The notes under the pieces were generated by a model. That model was not told where the DNA came from and made no database searches. It was given only the letters and a program-made list of their open reading frames with translations. A DNA stretch of 64,000 nucleotides from Octopus vulgaris (Eukaryota): positions 59,086,001-59,150,000 of the forward strand of contig OX597816.1 of the NCBI GenBank assembly GCA_951406725.2. The letters are read 5' to 3'. Made by a program: the position numbers and the translations under genes. This document shows, in pieces, positions 52,515 to 64,000 of this stretch. Every line of letters begins with the position of its first letter. Positions within the stretch are counted from its first letter, which is position 1.

Positions 52515-53047
52515 GTGTCATATTATACTTCAATACTTCAGGAGAAGGAGTTTCACTAATTTCATAAGGAGGCACAGCAATCTTTAACAGATCAGCAATA
52601 GCAGAAATAACTCCTCCAATGTCATCTTCAGCAGTTGCTTTCAAAGTGAGTGTCACAGATACTTGCTGTGTAAGATTTTTAAAGGGTCGAGCAAGACTTG
52701 ATGACAATGTTGGCATTTTGGCTGATAGACTGTCCTTTTCTATTAACTTGCCACTTAAATCTGAATAGTTCTGAGTTTTCTCTCCTAAGCTAAATTCAGG
52801 CCAGCTGGAAACAAGATCCATTTCTTTCTTGCATATAATTTTAGTATCTAAATCTGATGATAATTTATTTTCTTCTTTAACTGATGTGATACATGGACGA
52901 ACTGGGATGGGCTGAATAAGAGGCAAAATAGGGGAAGATGTTTCCCGAACAGCTGGATCTATAGGACGTAAAGCTGGAAAATCATCTCCTTCAAGAACAG
53001 TTTCAGGGGAAGATGAAGATATTATTGTATCTGGACTATCACTTGAT
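52515..53047 (-). CDS. KMT2C: KMT2C/D exon
   Basis: DSPDTIISSSSPET..VSVTLTL..AEDDIGGVISAIADLLKI..P.YEI; phase 2-1. Confidence 0.88.
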
Positions 53048-53205
53048 CTAAAATAAAATTTTAAAAATATTACAAAAAGTCAATTAACTAAAAATACTTA
53101 TATTAAATAATTATATTAAAATAGTTATATTAAAATTCATTAATTTCATTATGAAATAACAGACTTTCTTATAATGAAAAATATTTATAAATAGAACAGA
53201 ATTAC

Positions 53206-53461
53206 CTGGAAGGATGGTCAAGTCTTGGCTCTATGAGTGGTGGAGGTGGTAATACAGGTGTATATTTAGGATAGTTAAGTCCAACCACAGAGGTATTTCC
53301 TGCTTGTAACCAATCACTAGTGTTTTTATTGGCTGATGCAGTAACTCCAGTGTTGCCAGGTGCTGTCACAGTACCTCCAGCATTCACACCTGCTCTGGCT
53401 GCTGCAGCTGCTGCTACTTGTTCTGTAGTGAGATGATATCTTTGTTGTTCTGTTACAGGAG
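53206..53461 (-). CDS. KMT2C: KMT2C/D exon
   Basis: Open frame, phase 1-2, tttacag acceptor and gtaatt donor. Confidence 0.8.
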
Positions 53462-54115
53462 CTGTAAATTATTCAATTTCATTTCAAATGCTAAACAAAT
53501 TATCAAACAATCTTAAGAGAACAGCAGTATTTTAGAATTACCATAAACCCAAAGAATAAATAAATTTTTTAAAGTTGAAATTTCAATTTAACATGTTAAA
53601 ATAAGTATGCATTAAATTTTTTTCCTAACTTCTATTAATCAGATTTTCTGCAATTTAAATATGATACAAATGACAAAATCTAATACATAATGATATTAAA
53701 AACAAACATTTTGCAACTTTATCACTGTCAATGATAAAGTGAATATATTTGTAGCATTAAAAAAAAATTCCAATTAAGAAAAAAAAATCAGATATGAAGC
53801 AAGAAATTTAATTGAATGCTTTTTATCTTAATAGGTATGTTTAAAACAGTAGAGTGCAAAAGGCAGCACACTAAAAGCCTTAACAGCATTTAGTTTAAAC
53901 CCTTTGGTTCCCATGAGGGAATCTCTTCAGGGTCGAGGAAAGAAGTTCCAGTCACCCTCTCACTTCACTAAAGTGATTTTTCTAAGGCTAGGATAAATAA
54001 TGATAAATTATCTTTATAATGATTTCCTTTTAAATCATTTAGACTTTTACTGCTATTTGATCAAGATTAGATGCTCTTCTTTTCTCTTACTAGAAAAGAA
54101 GGGAGATTAGCTTAC

Positions 54116-54148
54116 CTTTTAAGGGAAAGCTGAAGCAGGCTGACTTTG
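54116..54148 (-). CDS. KMT2C: Candidate 33-nt cassette microexon of KMT2C/D (AKSACFSFPLK)
   Basis: cttttag|...AAG|gtaagc; symmetric phase 1-1 inside a phase-1 intron. Confidence 0.35.
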
Positions 54149-57100
54149 CTAAAAGTTATGCAAGAAATGGGATCAATGTTAGCAAAATAGAAGTATATCA
54201 ACCTGATACAAGTTCCTAGAAATAGTTTTAGCTATGCTTATATTCGTAAATGAAGCCAGTCCTAATCCAAGCTAAATGATTCAAAGGTACAGATTGTATT
54301 CTCTCATTTATTCATACAATTTTCAGCTTTATGTATCATTATCAGTAGCATTTTACATGTTTTTCACACCATCTTTCTCTCTCTATAAGATTAATAGGGT
54401 AACATATTTAAAATTATCATTATGCAAAAATATTATCATGTAACTAGAAGAAATCTAATTTGATCAGGCTCTTAATATCAAGCAACAATATGGTCGTGTG
54501 AGATCAACACGTTTGCTCCTCTCTCACTCTCTTTTTATAGAAAAAAGAAAGCATTCCACTCCATTGTAAATATTATTCATGCCTAAACTTACAAAATGTT
54601 TCTTTTGTTTGTTTTTTCAATACAAATGAATTACAACTAACAATAAGTAAACATAAACTTCATTTAAATTTCTTCATTACACTGTAAACTGTCATTAATA
54701 AGGAAAAAAATTATAAATCTTTGAGAGCTTACTGCAAGAAGTAAAGAGATACTGAAAATATTACATTTCACAATAACATTTAAAGAATATTAATATCATA
54801 CAATTCATACAATTAGTAAAGTTATATTAAAAGATAAAGGAAACACTGATTTATATGTAATGAGGAGAAATGATGCATTGCAAAAATTTCTGTATGTGTG
54901 TGTGTTCATGATCACATCTGTAAAGATATGATGAACTGACTGTTACAACATACATGACAAGAATGGTTAAACTGAATTATTACTGGAATTGATACCTATT
55001 AAATAGTTTCCTTTATCTTCTATTTTTTATTAAAAAAAAAGCTCAGATTTTCAAAATATTTTCAAAGGATGGGGCATGAAGTGGTAAATATGAAATACAA
55101 TCAAACACACAATTTAATGTAATCAAAATAGCTGACAACCTAGCAACAACTTAATTCCTATAAATGGCAACAAAGCATATAAGAAAAAAGAGATTAGTTA
55201 GTGTAATCTGGAGATTAGTTGAAAGCAATTTCCAATTCTATCTCAAAAAGTATACGTATAGGTAACAATTTAAGCAGTTAAAAAATATCAATTAGACTTA
55301 AATTGTATTTTTTAGTAAGTGATCCATAATTCCATGAAGTTACAAAATAGCAAAAATATGTTTAAATCATGTTCAATTTGAATATAATCATGGCCACTTA
55401 TAAGTATCATTTTGGCTAAACTCCTAAAAAATAATTACTTTTAATCAAATAATCAAATCATACAACTTTTTCCAACTAGCATGACATGAATTATTACACT
55501 AAATATAATGCATGCATGTATTGTTATGAAAGAATATGTGCTTATTTCCAAATGATTTTTCCAAACAAAACCTGTTTAAAATTTCTACAGTAATTAGCTA
55601 CAGTTCAAAGTAATTAAATTAATTCATTTTTTAGATTTCAAACTTAATTAAAAATATATATATATTTCTTTCAAAATATGTATTTGTAAAAATAAACTGC
55701 ATTGCCACAGAGAGGTAATTAGAGACAAAGATAACTGCATCACTCAGATAACTAAAATTTATAATCAATAACATTAAGTAGAAACACAAACCAATTAATT
55801 TTACTTCAAAGTAAACCTATAATGAGAAAACTCTTCAAAAATCTTATATTGACCTACAAACGCTTAAAGTAACCTATAGTAAACAAAATAATATGAAATT
55901 GTAGGAAAAGTAATAGAGACTAAAGCTATTAAAGCCACTTTATTAATGCTTAAAAAACTGACACCACAAATAGTTGACATTAATAAAGGATAAGACCAGA
56001 AATAAAAGACCATTATATAGAGGTAAAAATCTACAACAGAAGTAGCTAAATATTTAAGAACAGAAGTTTAAGTTATTCGTTACTGAAACACCACAATTTT
56101 ATATAACATTCTATAGAATAATTATAGTTACAAATAACCTTTTAAAAGCACACAATTATATTAATTTGTTAAAATTTAATTCAAAATAAATTTTTCAAAT
56201 GTTATTGAAAAAATGAAATTTTAAAATATTAATAAATTAATAATAGGTGTATGTAGTAAGCCTATTGAAATTTCCTTAAAACAATAACTGCCCAACTTAT
56301 TTTATAGCAAATGATTTGATAAGTACTATGACTAAATGCAAATAGTTTTACATGATACTTTGATATTTACTAACACGTTAAAAAAATATCTTGCTTCAGC
56401 CATGACCAAAGCCAGAAGGTTAGAACTACTAAAAGAGTAACAGACTAATCAATGTCTCATTTTTGTTGTAACTGTATTGGTTTAACAATCATTATAATAC
56501 TTCTGGGTAGGTATTACACACACATTTGCTCAAACAACTGACAAGTTTCAAATATAGATAAAACTTTATATCGTATTTAATTATCTTAAAGAGACTTCTT
56601 TCAAAAAAGCAGAAATCAGTTTCCCTGCAAGAACGTAAAGATAATACCTAACATCATAAAAATTAAAATATCAAATACAATGTTTTTGAAATTAAAATGT
56701 TTTAATTTTTTTTCTATTTATATAGTTTTACTTAAATATTGAACAGATTAGTATCTATGAAAGCATATTAAAAGACATGCAATTTTAAAATATTACTATT
56801 TGACCTTTAATTTATGTTTATATTGACCATAACAGATTGATTCTGAAAATACACACTGAAGTAACTAAATCCAGATTGCTAGTTTCTTAAACAACTTTTG
56901 ACTATCTGGAACTACTTACTATATCATTTTAAAAAACTAATGTCAACTTATTAGACTAGTAAAGCCATTGTTCCTGCATGTTGGAATAAGATAGGCTCTG
57001 GCTATCCTCCCTACACCAAAGAGAAATGTACACATCAGGAAAAAGTAGGGCTATAATAATATCGATAATTCTGTTTGATTTTGCAATATTGGTTAAAATG

Positions 57101-57251
57101 TCACTTAAGAAACTATTAGAACTAATTTGTTGGTTTAATAATGTTAAGCTTTAACCAAGATGCTCTTTAAAATCCAATTGTTCATCAGCATGCATCAGAT
57201 CATGCCAGTTGGAAAAGCTAAGAAGAGAACCTGGATACTGCTTGTGTTCAC

Positions 57252-57419
57252 CATCACTGAGGAACTTTCGCCGAGCTAGGATGTCACTATTAGGCATAGG
57301 AGGTAGAATTTGGGGTATCTGAGCTAAGCTACCATGGCTGTGTGAAGTTGTGCTGCCATAGAAATCAACCGCACCTTCCAAATATCCAGCACCATAGGAC
57401 CCTGATAAACGATTTTCAT
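57252..57419 (-). CDS. KMT2C: KMT2C/D exon; may extend to 57156 through an alternative donor
   Basis: ENRLSGSYGAGYLEGAVDFY..; two phase-1 donors (gtgaac next to 57252, gttaaa next to 57156). Confidence 0.78.
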
Positions 57420-57993
57420 CTGAAAATTGAACAAAAGAAAGATCATATAAAAGCTGTTGACAAAAAAGAATTTAGTTACATTAATGTATACAGAATACTA
57501 ATTACTAAAAATATTTTTTTCTTTCTTTTTCTTTTTTTCTCAAAGAATTCCTGGATTACTGATAACAATCCTTAAATATAACATTTGTTTGTCTGTATAC
57601 ATTTATAAGTATCACAATAATGAAAGATAAAGAAGAGGAAGTTTGGTAACAGTTTTGTTTCCTTGTCTAGACAATACTGCATTTACAGTAGGAGAAAATT
57701 CAATAAGAGTTGTTGTTATCATACAGAAGATGCCATCACTTTTTTGCTCTGTTTTAGTGATAATTTCTTTGATGTTATTGAAGAATCATGGCTGATATAA
57801 TTTAAAGAAGCAAGCCCATTCATATCAATGTACATAATAATCATTCCATTTTTAAACATTCATATCCACTGATTTATGATACTATAAAAAATTTAATGTA
57901 AAAACTACAAAATGCAATATCATAGCAGAATCCATATTTGAAAAAAAAAAAAAAAAAAAAAAAAATTAAGAAATTTCTATTGAAAAAACTTAC

Positions 57994-58305
57994 CACTGAA
58001 GTAACCAACAACTGGACAGATATGATGATTAATATTCACAGTTGGTTCTTGTAAGGATACCATTGGCATATTTTTTAACTGGGCCATGAAGGAATCTATG
58101 TAAGTATCATAATCTTCAGAGCTTTTAGACTTTTTTGCTCTTTTTTTGGGTCCTTGCCCTTCACTTTCTTTTTTCTGGGACTTTTTCCTTTTTTCTTTCA
58201 TTCCAAATTCAGAAATTATCTTTTTCTTTCCCTTTTTGTCTTCTTCAACAATGCATTTTTTCTTTTCTTTTTTCTTTTTCAGTGCAACTTCCTGTTTCCG
58301 CTTCT
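57994..58305 (-). CDS. KMT2C: KMT2C/D Lys-rich exon (NLS-like)
   Basis: KRKQEVALKKKK..KKRAKK..DSFMAQLKNMPMVSLQEP; phase 1-1. Confidence 0.85.
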
Positions 58306-59590
58306 CTGCAAATAATACAATTTCATTTCATTCTCTTTTACTCAAGTGAAAAGTAATACTCAAATTTAATTTATTATAAGAGACGCTCCAATATATTATA
58401 CATATTCAGGTATGATCACCTATATGCATCTGACTACCTCCAACCCATGTTTATATCCATCTCACTCTTCCCTCCTACCCACCCTTGCTGATTCACATTC
58501 TGGGACATGTTACCTCGAGGGTACATGCTGCCACCATGTCACCACAAGACATGGTACTCCAACCTCTTAGATCTTGTCAAACCATCCAACCCATGCCACC
58601 ATGGAAAATGGACATAAAAATGACAATAGTGGCGATAGTGATAATAACGACAACTTGATTTACCTCTATTTCTCTGCTCGTAATATTCCTATTCCACCCA
58701 CCCTAATACTATTACCTACTCAGAAAACTTTGAACCTCATTTTCTTCTCCATGACAAGTTTTTCTGAGGCTTCTTCCACAGTATGCATTTATTTGTTTCC
58801 ATTCCTGATATCAATTCTGCTGTCTTTTGTTTATATGTGCTTGGGTAAGTAACTAGAAGAAAAAGTACTTAGTAGACATAGAGCTCATTTATTCATTTGA
58901 AGCTTATGTGTAACTCTGTTACTCAAAGTAGCAATAGAGTCAAACCTCAGCTACAAATGAATGAAATAAACTATTACAAGGAGTAAGTGCCCTCTCACAC
59001 CTCTTTGTTTGCTTAAAAACGTTTATAAGATCTAATGCAATAATATGGAAAGTTGGATATGAGAAGTATGTTAAGGACAGATTACTGTGCAATATAGGTA
59101 AATGACAGATGCTTGGGGGGGGGGGGGCTTTTCTAAGAGAGACAGAATAAGAACTAACAGTGTGTGACAATATTTGTCCTCAGAGACAAGATGTCTTTTA
59201 CAAAAAAATACAAGACCCATTCCACACATACTAGCCAAGGAAACACAAAATAATGAGGATGTGATGACAGTAAAATAGAGTGACACATACACTGTAATTT
59301 ATAGTTGAAGAATAACAGATATATGAAAAAAAACAATATCATAAATAGTGAAATTCTACAGGAAAGTAGCAAAAAAGAAAAAAAGTTGTAGCAAATGTAA
59401 TTAAATATTAATTCAAAGTAGAATGATTGTTCACAATATTTTGACTCTAAGCTTCTTTAGTGTTTGGTGAAAATAGATGTATTTTAACATACCTGTCCAA
59501 TAAAGTCACTTCCTTGGTCTTTTGTGTCATAACCATTACTTATAGTAAAACAAATAGATGTTGATTACATTACATCTTAATAATTCTTAC

Positions 59591-59738
59591 CCCATAACTT
59601 AGCCTGTTCTTCAACATTCAAGTTGCAATACTCAGCACTTTCTTCATTAATCACAGTTTCTTTACATAGGGGCATGTTGTCAATGAGTTCCAGCTGACGC
59701 AGCTGATCTGGAGTCAAGGAGCTGTCTTCATCAGCTTC
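59591..59738 (-). CDS. KMT2C: KMT2C/D exon
   Basis: EADEDSSLTPDQLRQLELIDNMPLCKE..; phase 0-1. Confidence 0.8.
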
Positions 59739-60512
59739 CTACAATTTTAATAATACATTTAATTAAATCATTTCTAAACATACAAATTATCATATAAATT
59801 ATTAAACAAATGTTAATAGATTAAATACAGAAATAAATATATCATAACTGAATGTAATTATTTACAAAATGCATTTCTGAAGTAATTTCAATTTTAGATT
59901 CCATTCTATTAAAATTTTTAAATATTTGACTTTTCTTTCACCTCACATCTGATTTCTTTGCTATTTTGTTTGAAGCATGGTTTAGAGAATTTGAAAAAGG
60001 TTAAGAACAAATAGATTTAACATATTACAGTAGTTCTGACTATCTACCATCTCATAGTCATCAATATCATTTTTCACTTGTTTATGGCAGTGATGTTAAC
60101 ATAAAGAGTAGACAGACAAATTGAGTGTTTAATGGTATATAATTTAGTAGCACGTGATTGTAACTAAACTTACTTCAACTATTGTTCAGTTAATAATATA
60201 CATAAGTCGTTGTTTCAATTAGCCATGATCTTTCTATTTCCATCTCAAATAGTTTACTTTTAAAGTTCAATTTCCAGTACCAAATAGTCTAAACTGTGAG
60301 CAGTATTCAAGCTCTTCAACTTTAACCCAATCTTATATATTTTTAACTTCTACAACTCTTGGTTAACTTTACAAATAAACTACGGTATTTTCGTGCATAC
60401 TCATTTAAGAAAACCCAGTTCTGGAAGTTTCTGAAAGTTAGACGAGAAAACAAAAATTTAGTGGGCCTCTAGTTGAATTTACACAATAAAAGTTAAGCAA
60501 CTAGTCACATAC

Positions 60513-60727
60513 CTCAGTGCGACTGCTGGCTGATGGAGTAGTTCTAGTAGGAGCCTGAACAGCTGCACTACTATTCACTGTTGCAACCACTGCAGCTGCA
60601 GCTGCAACAGCACTTGTAGGATTATGAGCTGATGAAGCCAGCAACTGCTTCAGTAGCACGTTCTGGTTACCCTTTGAATCAACAATGCTTGCAACAGCAT
60701 CAATCTCACTCTTTACTTCACATTTAT
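60513..60727 (-). CDS. KMT2C: KMT2C/D exon with an LxxLL nuclear receptor box
   Basis: NQNVLLKQLLASS; phase 1-0. Confidence 0.85.
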
Positions 60728-60941
60728 CTACAAAAAATTGATTTTAATGAAATTACAAATAAAAATTGGGCATTACATTCCATCTGAATACAAAATGGAA
60801 ATGACCAAACACAGACATATAAAATGTATGAAGAATTTGATAAATAAATTACTATTTTAAGCAAATTAATATTAAAACTTAAAATTGTAAATTGATTGGC
60901 ATAATATAATTTAGATGTAACAACTTCTGAAAGCAACATAC

Positions 60942-61112
60942 CAGGTAAAGAAACCACATCTTCAGGTTCCTTTTTAATGTTAAATGTTGACACATGTGAG
61001 GCAGCTTGTTGCTGCTGCATGTGGACATGAGAAAGTGTAGTAATTGGTAAACTGGATCCAACTGAAGTATTTGTTGCTGAAACATCAACACCAAGATGAT
61101 GCATAGGAACAC
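60942..61112 (-). CDS. KMT2C: KMT2C/D exon
   Basis: VPMHHL..IKKEPEDVVSLP; phase 1-1. Confidence 0.8.
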
Positions 61113-62117
61113 CTAGTGATGAAATAAAGAGTGAGAAAATAAAGAGAAATAAACTTTGTGTCAGATAATTCATAGCCATAAAACAAATATTAACACTATT
61201 ATTATGAATACATACAGAACTAGAAAATGACATACCTGTATTTCCTATATATTTTTTATTGCTTTAAATCTTACAACCAAAACTCATCAAAGCATTACGT
61301 AATTTAGCCTTACTACATGTTATTCTATAAACTGCATTTATTTTCCATAATAGCAAATATCAATTAACAAATTATGACACTTTTTCTCATGAACATCTTA
61401 CTTTAGATTACATAAAAATAATCTACAAAGTCAAAATTTATATAAAAATGTAAACTGTAAGATAGTAGAATATGAAATCTCATAAGAGAATTAATTTAAA
61501 ATCATCATTTTAGAGTATATTGCATAAACAAAATATTTTTAATTGGCGAACAGAAAATACTTTGTAGAGAAATTTCATACAGAAGGTTTGTTTCAAATAT
61601 TAGATATAATAAAACATGCTTAAAGTAAAACTGTACAAGAGGGATTCAAATATTATAATACCCAATCATGTTAACAACAACAACAACAACAACAAAAACA
61701 ACAACAATTAAAAAGATGAAGCCCTCTGGAATATTTCTAATCAAAAGTGGGAAAATTTGAATTTTAGAGGACAACTCTCAATTGGGTATGTAAATCTAAA
61801 TGGCTAGCCAGTCCATTTCAGGCAATATATATATATATCAATTTCACAGACCCTTATACTAAGATTTCTAAATTTATTTTCTTCTTTGCAGTCAACTGAC
61901 TGAAAAAAAAGAAAACAAATGAAATTTGTATTAGTCTCTGGTATTTTTAGTTATAATTCTTGAAGTGAAAACTTTAGAAAGTCCAATATATTACAAATAT
62001 CAAATATCTATCTACTTTGTGTTTCTGAGCCATCACTTACAAGTCATAAAATCCAATTATAATACTATGGTTAATATGGCAAAAAAGGCCGAATTTTCAA
62101 GTGGTAAAATAACTAAC

Positions 62118-62849
62118 CTTTGTTAATGGAATCTTTGGTGTATGCCTCAGATCCAGTAGGATTAACAAAACTCCTCACATTAGTACTGCTAATCCGCTGT
62201 CCATCCAAAGATAAATTGGAAGTGGAAGAAAAAGATGAAGATTGTGGAAAGTTAGACACTGTTAAGCCCTCTTTAGAATCCACTTCTTGCCCATTGTTAG
62301 ATTGTTGTGAGGTATGTAAAACTTGAGGAGATGATGGAACTGCTGGTGGAGAATGTTCAGGAAGTGGAGGTGGTGGTGGAGGAGGGGGAGGAGGTAGTGG
62401 TGGTAATGGTGGGGGTGGTGATTTGGGCAGAGGAGGCGCCAAAGATGACATTAATGATGTGATGGTTGTAGGAACAACTGGCTGAATGGCAGAATTTGTT
62501 GCTTGTTGTCCAAGGTTTTGCTGCTGGAATTGTTGTGAGTATTGGCCAGATGCTTGAGGGACAGTTAAATTGGATTCTGGAACCATAGTGTTAGTTGCTG
62601 GAGACTGACGGTTACTAGATGCCAGAGCTTTTCCAGAATTTTTCCCACCATTGTGTTGCTGTTGCTGCTGCTGTTTCGCTTGCTCCTCTTTTTGAAGTTG
62701 CACATTAGTATACAAAATTTCAATTATTCTTCGATCTGTTTCAGATTGAGGTTTAAAATTTAAATCCATTGGCGGTTTGAAAGGCTTTGCTGATCCTGAT
62801 GAGTTCCCATTGCCAATTCCAGATGTATTTCCAAGAGTTTGTCCAATTC
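62118..62849 (-). CDS. KMT2C: KMT2C/D low-complexity exon (polyQ, polyP)
   Basis: Within ORF 62113-62862; ccttag acceptor and gttagt donor; phase 1-1. Confidence 0.82.
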
Positions 62850-63369
62850 CTAAGGCAAGCAAATATATCAGGTCTTGAAATTTTTAGATATAAAAATCAC
62901 TTTAGAGCTAACTTAGGTCACAGAAAAAAAAGAAAAAAAACTTTAAAATGAGATGAAATTCTAATGTTGAATGAAAATATAAACTATATCTGTTGAGTGC
63001 ATGCAGAAAATTATAAAAAAAAATTTAATCAAAAAAATGTTCACAAAGCATCTGAAGGGAGAAATCTTAATGAAAATATTTAAGTAAAATATATTTGAAC
63101 ATGGCTCAAATTTTTGTTTGTTCAAAACTGAAGTTACTGTAATAAATGAATAAAAAAAATGTATGATGAAATGAGTACATTCAAATATACTTGAGTAGAA
63201 TATATTTATATAAGAGTGTTCATAGCATTATTTCCTTTCATTTTGAATATTTCTCTTAGAGTAAATATAAGTGTAAAAAAAAATTCTAAATAAAATCTAC
63301 CCCCACACAACTAATTCATCAGATACAGCAACTATGTTATTTAGTTCAAATACTTGAAATTAAAGAAAC

Positions 63370-63775
63370 AATTTCATCATCATTGTCTTCAACATATTGT
63401 CCACTTTTCCATGCTTGCATGGGTCAGACAGAATTTGTTGAGGCAGATTTTCTGCAGCGTGATGCCCTTCTTACTGCCAACCACGATGGTTTCCAAGCAA
63501 ATTAATATTTCTCCACAACCAGACACATTTTCATGGAAGACTGGAAACAAATGGCACTGACTGTATGATGGTGATGCAAGTTTACAACTATAAGACAAAG
63601 AAATGCAAACACACATATATACATGACAGGCTTCTTTCAGTTTCTGTCAACCAAATCTACTCACAATGCTTTGTTTGACTATAACAGAAGACACTTGCCC
63701 AAGATGCCATGCAATGCAACTGACTCCTAAAACCAGATGGTTGGGGGAGTCAACTTCTTAACCACATAGCTATGC
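63370..63775 (-). mobile_element. Composite SINE/RTE-tail repeat; similar copies at ~14110-14420, 42530-42910 and 37170-37265
   Basis: Shared ctttcagtttct..aaatctactcacaa..gaagacacttgcccaag..accacatagc motif. Confidence 0.6.
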
Positions 63776-64000
63776 TAATATTTAAAAACCAAAACTGAAT
63801 CAAAAGGTTATTAACCAAAATAAGGCAAAGTAACTGCTTCTGCAAAATAAGATATGGGATATTTATTACTCTCTTAACTGATTGTCTAGGTTCAAACCAT
63901 AAATTCTTTATTTCATTAGTTTAAAGGGTTTTCTGAATACATTAATACTATCAATCAATAATCTGAAATGCCTTTAGTAATGGCAGGCTCACAAAACAAT

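Larger units (their letters stand above)
35611..62849 (-). other. KMT2C: KMT2C/D (MLL3/4, trr-like) histone H3K4 methyltransferase gene, 3' portion with 22 exons; the 5' part lies beyond the window end
   Basis: All exon junctions are GT-AG and phase compatible; domain order ePHD-FYRN-FYRC-Win-SET-postSET; C-terminus [30 protein letters not shown] is diagnostic of KMT2C/D. Confidence 0.96.

Noticed and set aside
56950-57013. Possible extra KMT2C/D exon after ttctctttggtgtag
   Set aside because: No convincing donor before stop codons.
59493-59538. Possible KMT2C/D exon with a CAG|gtatgt donor (NGYDTKDQGSDFIGQ)
   Set aside because: Its phases do not fit the phase-1 intron, and the flanking exons 59591-59738 and 57994-58305 already join in frame.

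Overview
AT-rich, intron- and repeat-rich eukaryotic (animal) DNA. The SINE/RTE/MITE landscape looks like an Octopus-type coleoid cephalopod, but this is an inference from recognition and was not checked. Two host genes converge. (1) On the minus strand, the 3' part of a KMT2C/D (MLL3/4, trithorax-related) H3K4 methyltransferase gene. I traced 22 phase-compatible GT-AG exons from 62849 to the stop at 35611 (about 1,600 codons: LxxLL, ePHD, FYRN/FYRC, Win motif, SET, post-SET), followed by about 5 kb of nearly TE-free probable 3'UTR. (2) On the plus strand, the 3' end of an unidentified gene that appears to be built from short symmetric phase-1 exons (39, 48, 27, 27 and 42 nt) plus an S/T/P-rich terminal exon (18279-19141). 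Mobile DNA includes a decayed Ty3/Gypsy element (1-2930), three mariner copies, a piggyBac deletion derivative and TTAA MITEs, tandem Helitrons, a probable Chapaev3 relic, nested hAT MITEs, RTE LINE fragments, tRNA-derived SINEs, and a Penelope-type palindrome carrying hammerhead-ribozyme-like cores. All exon models were read by eye and have no transcript support.
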